DNA from: an uncultured Candidatus Saccharibacteria bacterium
Lineage (GTDB): Bacteria > Patescibacteriota > WWE3 > UBA101185 > 2-01-FULL-41-18
Reading direction: 5' to 3'
DNA length: 64,000 nucleotides
Assembly: GCA_964636285.1 (NCBI GenBank)
Contig: CAZWQF010000001.1
Coordinates: forward strand, 7,048-71,047
Positions 57,401 to 64,000 of this stretch are shown in pieces. The notes below the pieces were generated by a model that had not been told where the DNA came from, made no database searches, and saw only the letters and a program-made list of their open reading frames with translations. The position numbers and the translations under genes are program-made. Position 1 is the stretch's first letter, and each line of letters begins with the position of its first letter.

Positions 57401-57565
57401 GGGTCTACAGGTCACTCTACAGGGCCTCATGTGCATTATGAGATCAGATCAGGGGGAAGGTCTGCTGCTTATCAAGTTAATCCCTGTTACGTGGTGGCCT
57501 TCAGTGGGGAGTCCTGTCCTGGGACGACATTTGGCTCAAGTTGCTCGACTGCAATGTTAGAATAA
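54413..57565 (+). CDS. Large membrane protein with C-terminal M23 peptidase
   Basis: HCGLD, GYGNYV and GSTGHSTGPHVHYE; central TMs; Cys-rich spacer. Confidence 0.85.
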   Translation: MAPIFKAGYYPGDKPIRKNPIQPVENLDPFMEAAINAISFDRDALGLPNRMATLLEKDYRNGFAIRYGIRDQNYVDDNINRSINAGLAGSDLSIEEEYNELPGVRGAKINLDPETIAKVGAGGVVSNTFKSMLDAGFAFKDFSLKAELYGLWDPLLNPGVSSDSVRAGMSLSSSDYIKRYQPGVTGKILTQRDFSNVDSLNSSIRAYVLSSGSAVEEQASFTQVKYFYFQSFRQAFENSPEIANIDADILTSDAKSRQYVTDISTLTSTLATTSDPATRAVLSQQLVQAQANLAGEQSKAANLQSLKAEADDLKQLFSGVRTPEDLVKDARKQNPKAGFNIKKLRANERRLMDNFWKASVHGKNTSITRMAGIMGDRRLIAWSRLIDYRERVSETSEVIDAIAKGEFFQQFIWKKYVLKRLPWITPTYAFSKFFTNPGDFFWRAFVNGKIPLPFTEATLPFFKIPFVTGLFNRFGALADRLVGWVSDLIVKRFAKVINLFGGNVIKSAFSKISGWLYGVGAGSGVGLPAVVVAAITQYLGEKIFGLFKSIFDGDFFEYLEKLQAEAARLVRFLFGVVLLLISSCLVFVTIATSILFLPFSGMMVQDYGSGGGVEETDVDCPFVDESELPRDANGVRLDNVKPLEDMINALTNTYANPKRSPMGVGTANEDNIRKCYGYIIARALQTANDPAIALAIWIEETGASNYEVYNFPIDDFGCGRPIESNNFMDQLECFLRLQTAYATKPSHAECRATEPSNTELIVHEWGQIFACGDLACREGRAYDFSCLAVCGTNKTAPECIDGTLWFDNVNTIYSAVSIGDKTLDLDCILTGSTIRWDDTCKQGSRINVDIRGVTGLLGQNLPNFFRRIGYKEVISDYDDYIIQCYETRVTYNTGCPLASGNYLHCGLDLVGDTVDGIYSVEGKDVRSPYRGTAVVDTVGYDAAGYGNYVVLEISGDGGDDDSNEDFLYILVGHLIDGSIGVSVGEQVAYNDFIGRVGSTGHSTGPHVHYEIRSGGRSAAYQVNPCYVVAFSGESCPGTTFGSSCSTAMLE

Positions 57566-58506
57566 TGAACTTTATGAATTTTATGGATCAAACAAGAGTA
57601 CTTTTAGGTGATCTGTTAGGTACAAAAAAAGTATTCATACTTATATTCATCTTAATCCTGTCAGTAGCTGTAATTTCTGCATTTAGGTACACATCTTATA
57701 TTGAAAGAAAAGTGGTTGAAGACAGATCTCTTGAGATAGCATCTGCCCAGTTTTCGGAAGCATTGAAAAAAAAAGCCCCTCTTGGGTTAAAGGCTAAAAA
57801 TTTAGTAATAGGAGGAAATTTCACACAAGATCATATCCAAGAAATAAATAATGGTAGTTATGTCATGAAGTACTCCTTAATGGATCCAACTAAAATGGCA
57901 GGCGTGCTTAAGTTGAGGCATGTCTCTTCAAGTAATGTTTTTTTTCTTGCAGAGGGTAGCGGGTCACTGGAGGATTTTAGGTCGGATTATGAAGCTTATC
58001 TTAATTCAGCTGTAGGATCAGATGCAAAAAATGTTAAGTTTGAAGTGAAAGATACCTCTGTTCCTGGTATTAAGATTTATGAGGAGCGGAATGTTTTTGA
58101 GCTTAAAGAGTATACCTTACATGTTAATGGGTCTCCTGTTTATCAACTAGACTATGTTAATCATATTACGGTATACAGAGAGTCAGAAGGCTCAGAAATC
58201 TTTTATGTTAAAATGCCTCCTTTCTTTCCTCAGCCTAATGTTGAGCTGATTAAAAAAGATTTTGTTTCCGGAGTATATAACATGCAGCCGTTTATTCCTT
58301 TGGACCCTTCTCTTAGTAGCTATATTTACAGGGAGCTTCCAAAATTCTCAGTTAGGGATTTTAAAATTATTGATACATCTGCAAGTAGAGCCTTCTTTTT
58401 TGATAATTCTTTAGGTTATATGCTTCCTGTTTTAACAAAAGAGGTGATTTATTTAAGATCTGAGGATGTTAAAAATCCAAACTATTTATTTGTGTACTTT
58501 GATTAA
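57565..58506 (+). CDS. Membrane-anchored hypothetical protein
   Basis: TAATG coupling to the M23 gene; N-terminal TM. Confidence 0.65.
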   Translation: MNFMNFMDQTRVLLGDLLGTKKVFILIFILILSVAVISAFRYTSYIERKVVEDRSLEIASAQFSEALKKKAPLGLKAKNLVIGGNFTQDHIQEINNGSYVMKYSLMDPTKMAGVLKLRHVSSSNVFFLAEGSGSLEDFRSDYEAYLNSAVGSDAKNVKFEVKDTSVPGIKIYEERNVFELKEYTLHVNGSPVYQLDYVNHITVYRESEGSEIFYVKMPPFFPQPNVELIKKDFVSGVYNMQPFIPLDPSLSSYIYRELPKFSVRDFKIIDTSASRAFFFDNSLGYMLPVLTKEVIYLRSEDVKNPNYLFVYFD

Positions 58507-58508
58507 TA

Positions 58509-60506
58509 CTATTCTTTAGGGGTTTCAATTGGAAACGACGATAGTCTAGATATACATTCTTTAGCTGCAGTGACCGTTCCAAGACCCTCGACACCATATG
58601 GCGTCGGTACGTCTGAGTTTCGAATGTTCGCTTTTGTAGTTGTAGTACCTATACCCCCTATACTTTGTAATGGAGTTATTGGGCTGGAAAGAGAGTCGCA
58701 AAGTACTCCACTCACAGCTCCAAGCTCCTTAGCTCTTGGAAGTTTAACATTTGCCATAGAATTGAATGCTTTTTGTGTACTACATCCTGGCGCTTGCGGA
58801 TCGCTTTGGCAGTTAATAATATCAATAAATTGAGAAAATGATGCAGTAAAACCTCCTTCAAGACATCTTCCGTCTGAGTCTTTTCCTCCTGTGCACTCAC
58901 ATTCCTGTCCAAAAAGATGCACATTATAAACATTACCTTTTGGCTTTTGTTTTGTTTGTACCTCACTGTCTGGCGTAGTGACAGTTGAAGCAATTTTGGT
59001 CATATTTGTGATTGTTGATACAGGTGAAAAGGAGCCTCCTCTCAGATTAACACTAGTAATATGTCTATACTCATCAATTCCCGAACCTGGGGAGCACCCA
59101 TATCCTGAGCAGCTTCCGTTGGGATCCACACCTTCTCCTGCTATACTTGGGGTTAGTTCAGCTCTGTCGGGATCAATATCTTTAAGTCTATAGTACGGAA
59201 AAAATTCTGGTTCAAATGAGGTTTCATTAAACTCAAAGCTAAGTTCTTGTTGTGCAATATACATTGGAGGTCTAAAGTTTCTAGCAGATACTTTAGCTCC
59301 ACTATTGTCATAACAAATGTCAGGATTCTCAGAATATAGTTGTAGTACTTGCTTTTTTAGTTCTTCTGGATTTGAAGTTTTGATTAATCCTCCTCCGCAA
59401 GCTCCCTGATTCATCCCACGGAATCTAGCGTTGATGTCTCTTATATCGTCACATGAAGGAGCAAGACCATCTTTTGTGAAAGCAGATGGGTCGCATCCAA
59501 GAGCTGTGCTTGTACCTTCAACAAAAGCAGCTCTGTCGGTTGTTAAATCATCAGGGGTGACTGTGGCACCAGATACGTATGCTACAAGCGCTTGAGCGCA
59601 CATAGCTGGGTTTCTTAAACAAGAAAAGCCTGCATTAAGTATTGGGATTGCATTTCTCCAGAGGTAATCCACTGGGGTCTTATCAAGCTGGTTTATCTGA
59701 TTTTCACATGTATTTTCATAATCGGTTTTATCTACCAGTTGTCTCATACATACATCGTTTTCTTCACAGAAGCACTGTTCGTTTGTACACCTTGTAGCCC
59801 CACTTATATATATCGGAGGGATAGTGACGTCCTTTGTTATTACTCCAGTTTCATCCTGCCACACAATTCCTTTTAATACTTTAATTTCCTTACCACAAAA
59901 AACCCCTATAAACAGGGGTTCTTCAGGTAAATCTGAAATCTTGTACTCACCGCGAGGGCTTTTATTTCCCGTGGATAATGTAGAGTTGCTTTCGGTATAT
60001 GTGTATCTTCTGGTAGCCTTGTATTTCCCAGACTTATTGGCAAGATAGGGATCTTCTATCCAGGCAATCGTAGCACCTATGAGCGGTTTGATTTTTCGCT
60101 TAGCAAGAGGTATCGAGGATTCTTCCTGGGTTGCTATTTCTCCCTCATCAATTGCGTATATTTCTCCTAGTACAGAATGTTCTCCTCTTTTTGAAGGTCT
60201 CCTTTGACATGTTGATTTGTGCTTGGCCAAATCACACGGTGCCCCCTCTTCATCACAATCTGGATGGTTGTTGTCCTCATTATCACAAGTTGATGGGTCG
60301 TCTTGGATAGTCTGACATCTACCAATGTCCCCTCCATTTTCAGCTACGCATCCTCTATGACATGCACCGTTTGCTCTGTTTTCGCAAACAGGTGCGGTGC
60401 TAGAACAATTTTGAGCATACACATTATCCTGACTGTTACATGCAAAAAACAAGTTCATCAAAATAAATATTGAGAGTGTTGTTAATCTGTGCATGAATTT
60501 TTTCAT
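58509..60506 (-). CDS. Secreted Cys-rich protein
   Basis: Signal peptide ending VYAQ; many Cys residues. Confidence 0.7.
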   Translation of the reverse strand: MKKFMHRLTTLSIFILMNLFFACNSQDNVYAQNCSSTAPVCENRANGACHRGCVAENGGDIGRCQTIQDDPSTCDNEDNNHPDCDEEGAPCDLAKHKSTCQRRPSKRGEHSVLGEIYAIDEGEIATQEESSIPLAKRKIKPLIGATIAWIEDPYLANKSGKYKATRRYTYTESNSTLSTGNKSPRGEYKISDLPEEPLFIGVFCGKEIKVLKGIVWQDETGVITKDVTIPPIYISGATRCTNEQCFCEENDVCMRQLVDKTDYENTCENQINQLDKTPVDYLWRNAIPILNAGFSCLRNPAMCAQALVAYVSGATVTPDDLTTDRAAFVEGTSTALGCDPSAFTKDGLAPSCDDIRDINARFRGMNQGACGGGLIKTSNPEELKKQVLQLYSENPDICYDNSGAKVSARNFRPPMYIAQQELSFEFNETSFEPEFFPYYRLKDIDPDRAELTPSIAGEGVDPNGSCSGYGCSPGSGIDEYRHITSVNLRGGSFSPVSTITNMTKIASTVTTPDSEVQTKQKPKGNVYNVHLFGQECECTGGKDSDGRCLEGGFTASFSQFIDIINCQSDPQAPGCSTQKAFNSMANVKLPRAKELGAVSGVLCDSLSSPITPLQSIGGIGTTTTKANIRNSDVPTPYGVEGLGTVTAAKECISRLSSFPIETPKE

Positions 60507-60519
60507 ACTGTGTTTAAAA

Positions 60520-60981
60520 TTATTGAGTGAATGGGTCTCCATGCAAATCTAGAAAATCTGAAATTGATTGCAACGTTTCTTCTAATCCGGCTACGCTAGA
60601 ACCTCCAATAAAAATTCTAATAAGAATATTAATCAAACTGACTGCTCCTAAAACTGCTACAAATCCTATCAATCCCCATGTTAAGCTCTTTTTTGCCGCC
60701 TCGATTGCTTTAGAATCTCCTTCTGACAGCGAGTATTTTATGGATCCATAGAGAGTTATTATTATAAATGCAAATCCTACTGCCCCGAGGAGGTAGTTAA
60801 TGCCCGTAGTAATAGGACATGCTAGCTCACTTAAAGCTGGTGGGTCCGAAACGGTGCAATTGAATTGAGCATAAGCTTTGTCTGGAAAAAGGCAGAGAAA
60901 CCCAAATAATATTAATGTTAAGCTTAAATATTTTTGGCTAAACAAAGAAAAAAAATTTCTAATTTTAAATTGAGCTACCAT
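60520..60981 (-). CDS. VirB2/TrbC-like pilin
   Basis: AYAQ signal end; IKY..SEGD......AK..LT..LIG motif. Confidence 0.75.
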   Translation of the reverse strand: MVAQFKIRNFFSLFSQKYLSLTLILFGFLCLFPDKAYAQFNCTVSDPPALSELACPITTGINYLLGAVGFAFIIITLYGSIKYSLSEGDSKAIEAAKKSLTWGLIGFVAVLGAVSLINILIRIFIGGSSVAGLEETLQSISDFLDLHGDPFTQ

Positions 60982-61264
60982 AATCAGTACCTCCTAACAT
61001 CCTTACTATAATCGCCCTTAATGAAACTGCAACCAAGGCTATAAATAGTGCAGTTATTGCAGCAGTAAGGTAGGACTTTGCCCCTGCGATTGCTTTAGAA
61101 TCCCCCTCTGACATTACATACTTGATACCAGAAATTATAGATGCAATTAAGGCTGCTGCTAAAGCTATTCCAATTAGCACATTCGTCACGATACCCAGTA
61201 CTCTTGAAACAGAAAAATTATATTCCCCAAAAGGACCCTCGACCTGGTTTAAAATCTCGCTCAC
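60965..61264 (-). CDS. VirB2/TrbC-like pilin
   Basis: GIKYVMSEGDSKAIAGAKSYLT motif. Confidence 0.75.
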   Translation of the reverse strand: MSEILNQVEGPFGEYNFSVSRVLGIVTNVLIGIALAAALIASIISGIKYVMSEGDSKAIAGAKSYLTAAITALFIALVAVSLRAIIVRMLGGTDYGSSI

Positions 61265-61292
61265 GTGAAGATTCTACTACAACTATTATTTT

Positions 61293-62588
61293 CTAGCTAC
61301 CTAAGAAAGTTGTAACTACCCACTTAAGGAAGCTAATACCTAAAATTGCCATTACAACGCCTGCAGCTGCTGCAGTAAGCTCCTCATGCCCTAATTGTAT
61401 TTTTTGTGGGTCTCCTTCACTCATTAACATGTGATATCCGCCCATTATTGCTTGGTATGCCGCTATTATGACGACTAATGCCCCTACCGCCGTTGCAACG
61501 TAGTTAATTAAACCCGCTGGGTCCATTGCTACCGGAAAGTTGGGAGATGGCGGTGGGTTCTTAATAAGCTCAATTTCCTCCTGCATCCCTTGGCATATTG
61601 CACTGCATGATCCCAGGTTATTGTGAATACAGGCTGTATCAGTGCTTCCTGGAGCACATTCAGAGCAACCACTACCTAGAACGCACTTATATAGTTTAGT
61701 CTCACTAGCTGTAGAAACACATAGCCCATCATCTCCACTCGCATTGATTTGATCGCAATCGCCTCTATTTCCTGCTCCGCTGTCGCATGTTTCATTAGGT
61801 CCGCAATCTACGGGGCTTGAGCAGTTACAGGAGGTTGAAGCTCCAGAAGGGTTTTGACATGTATAGTTACTAGTATTGTTATTTGTAGGCCTGCACAAAA
61901 AGTTTGCACTTGCAGACTGGCAACAGCCTAAATTTCTTAAAGCCCCTGGAGCACTTCTACCGCAAACTTGTCCTGGTGCAATACAGGTTACCTCTGCAAC
62001 GCACCTATTTTGTGTTACATCACATGTGAAGCCGGAGGCACATTGGCTTGATCCAGGGCTGTTACATTCCACACAAGTGCTTATTGTTTCGCCTGGATTT
62101 TTACAGTGTCTGCCTGAGGGATTACTTTGACAATCCTGATCTCCTCTACAGATAACACATTCTGCGGTGTCCACATTACAGATATTTCTAGTTTGATTTT
62201 GACATTGGGAATCATTAGAGCATCCTATAGCCTCACAATTACTGCTACTGGTCCCTTTTTGCTTACAATAGGGGGTACTCCCTGGACAATCATTATTATC
62301 TCTGCAAGCTACACAAATACCGCCTTGACCATTACAAACTGGAAAGCCTTGATTTCCCATACTTGCGCTTGTATCTGCAACATAGCAAATTTTATTTTTT
62401 ACATTACTGTTACAAGAGGAAGGTTGAGCGACACACGTATAAGATCCGCTTGCGGTTACTAATCCCATTCCACACTCACCGTTCACAGCATAAGCTGGTT
62501 TTTGAAGAGTGCTAATAATCCCAATAACTATCAATAAGACTAAAGTAACATTGTTTAGTTTTGAGATTACACTAAGTACCTTCTGCAT
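61293..62588 (-). CDS. Pilin with large Cys-rich N-terminal domain
   Basis: Signal peptide, repeated C-x4-C..C modules, C-terminal GGYHMLMSEGDPQK pilin motif. Confidence 0.75.
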   Translation of the reverse strand: MQKVLSVISKLNNVTLVLLIVIGIISTLQKPAYAVNGECGMGLVTASGSYTCVAQPSSCNSNVKNKICYVADTSASMGNQGFPVCNGQGGICVACRDNNDCPGSTPYCKQKGTSSSNCEAIGCSNDSQCQNQTRNICNVDTAECVICRGDQDCQSNPSGRHCKNPGETISTCVECNSPGSSQCASGFTCDVTQNRCVAEVTCIAPGQVCGRSAPGALRNLGCCQSASANFLCRPTNNNTSNYTCQNPSGASTSCNCSSPVDCGPNETCDSGAGNRGDCDQINASGDDGLCVSTASETKLYKCVLGSGCSECAPGSTDTACIHNNLGSCSAICQGMQEEIELIKNPPPSPNFPVAMDPAGLINYVATAVGALVVIIAAYQAIMGGYHMLMSEGDPQKIQLGHEELTAAAAGVVMAILGISFLKWVVTTFLGS

Positions 62589-62590
62589 AG

Positions 62591-62908
62591 TTATATACCC
62601 ACGGTTGTCCTTGCACTATCAATGTTTCCTCCTAAGGCACTAACAATTATAGATCGGATTGACATTGCAGCTATGACTATGACAAAACCTATAATCGCAT
62701 TGGTGAGCCACTCTCTTGCAACCATCGTGTTTGCTTTATCCCCTTGGCTCATGATGTATTTAATACCACCAAGAATTAAATAAATAATTGTAAGTGCAAT
62801 TCCTGAGCCGAGTGCAATATTGTACACTACTCCAAAAATTGAACTTAAACTTGTAAATCTATTGTTGAGAGGGTCAACAATATTTGAATCTACTTGTGCA
62901 TATACCAT
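62591..62908 (-). CDS. VirB2/TrbC-like pilin
   Basis: GGIKYIMSQGDK.....AREWLTNAIIG motif. Confidence 0.8.
   Translation of the reverse strand: MVYAQVDSNIVDPLNNRFTSLSSIFGVVYNIALGSGIALTIIYLILGGIKYIMSQGDKANTMVAREWLTNAIIGFVIVIAAMSIRSIIVSALGGNIDSARTTVGI
62733..62800. repeat. 68-bp exact direct repeat (second copy 63163-63230) within adjacent pilin genes
   Basis: Base-by-base identical. Confidence 0.9.
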
Positions 62909-62974
62909 ACTTTTATTATAACCACCTTTTTATTTCTGTAAACTCGAATTACACTCGTATCTATTAAAACCAAA

Positions 62975-62996
62975 ACAGGGCGGTTGTCCGCCCTGT
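62975..62996 (-). terminator. Hairpin ACAGGGCGG...CCGCCCTGT followed by a T-rich tract
   Basis: Lies after the first pilin gene. Confidence 0.7.
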
Positions 62997-63020
62997 ACAT
63001 TGGAAAGAAATCAGTTTTTA

Positions 63021-63344
63021 TTAAGCGGGTGTTACTCCACTCACTGCAGTGTTGGATGCGCCTAGAAGATTTCCTACGATTGATCTAATCACGAATGCTC
63101 CAAGGACTACAATAAAACCAATGATTGCGTTTGTGAGCCATTCTCTTGCTACTTGAGTATTAGCTTTATCCCCTTGGCTCATGATGTATTTAATACCACC
63201 AAGAATTAAATAAATAATTGTAAGTGCAATACCAACACCCAGCACTACATTCATTATCATACCAAATAGATTTGGTAGGTTGGTTAATGTTGAACCTTCT
63301 AATGGATTTGTTGGGGTTACATCTACATTTTGTGCGAATACCAT
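63021..63344 (-). CDS. VirB2/TrbC-like pilin, probable major subunit
   Basis: Same pilin motif; TTGACA promoter, AAGGAGGTG SD and its own terminator. Confidence 0.8.
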   Translation of the reverse strand: MVFAQNVDVTPTNPLEGSTLTNLPNLFGMIMNVVLGVGIALTIIYLILGGIKYIMSQGDKANTQVAREWLTNAIIGFIVVLGAFVIRSIVGNLLGASNTAVSGVTPA

Positions 63345-63444
63345 GTTACACCTCCTTCAATAGTTTCAATAACTATAAATAAGTTTATACTATTGTTCTT
63401 GAGTGTCAAGAACAGCAGAGTATAGCACATTGTACATTGCATTG

Positions 63445-63951
63445 CTAATGGGTTTGCTGAGGGCCGCTATTTTGAAATCCACAGTCTTTGTAGACAATCA
63501 GGAAGCGATTCTTAACAGTTATCAGCTCCTTCTGGCTACACCTATTCAAGATACTCAGGGCTACCTGGTCTTGGTCGTAATAATATTCAAAATTTCCCCA
63601 AGTGTCCGTGTCTGTTACAGTATAAACGAACCTATCAGAATTTGATTCCTTAAGTTTTTCAATTACACTTTCATTATTCTTGTATATGAAGTTGCCGTCA
63701 TATAGTAATGTACTCTTGCTTATTTTAGCGTTTGCTTTAACTGGAGTAAAAAGGCTTAGAGGTATAGCTTTCTCAGATTGGGAGAAGTAGCCCTGTTTTC
63801 TTACAAAAGCTTCAATAGGATGTCTATCTATTACGCCAGTTAACTCAGTGGATGCTAATTCTCCAATTTTTTTACTAACAAGTTCATAGTTCAGGTAACC
63901 TTGGTTTATCGCTACAAAGTTTAAAATGCTGTTGATCTGAAATAGGGTCAC
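63445..63951 (-). CDS. Hypothetical protein
   Basis: 168-codon ORF with GTG start; no recognised motif. Confidence 0.4.
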   Translation of the reverse strand: MTLFQINSILNFVAINQGYLNYELVSKKIGELASTELTGVIDRHPIEAFVRKQGYFSQSEKAIPLSLFTPVKANAKISKSTLLYDGNFIYKNNESVIEKLKESNSDRFVYTVTDTDTWGNFEYYYDQDQVALSILNRCSQKELITVKNRFLIVYKDCGFQNSGPQQTH

Positions 63952-64000
63952 AAATCCTACTGCTAGATGCCTGTGCTCACCTGACTTTGAATATAAATCT

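Noticed and set aside
1-64000. CRISPR array or cas genes
   Set aside because: No regularly spaced direct repeats and no Cas motifs were seen.

Overview
AT-rich chromosomal window from a reduced-genome bacterium, most likely Patescibacteria/CPR (inferred from gene repertoire, the CPR-type VirB4/PrgI/pilin cluster and a tRNA intron). The genetic code is standard: TGA acts as stop. Housekeeping content includes dcd-thyX-glyA, a MacAB-like ABC exporter, the SUF operon, dnaG-rpoD, metG, a two-component system, folD and rpmH-rnpA-yidD-yidC-jag-dnaN (no dnaA). There are five tRNAs, and a T4SS-like locus with a VirB2-like pilin array occupies 47-63 kb. Unusual signals: (1) tRNA-Asn(GUU) split at anticodon position 35/36 by a 309-nt group I intron that carries an HNH endonuclease remnant; (2) a dispersed family of self-contained, GC-richer orphan expression units (sigma70 promoter + SD + orphan ORF + long 3' hairpin, often ACGGGC...GCCCGT) whose 5' leaders appear to pair with their 3' ends; (3) two tandem promoter-driven rod-like structured RNAs at 17.6-18.3 kb with the same closing-stem-plus-hairpin layout; (4) a 58-nt GNRA-capped structured repeat at two convergent gene junctions; (5) tRNA-Arg(GCG). 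All calls were made by eye from motifs; no searches or folding programs were run.
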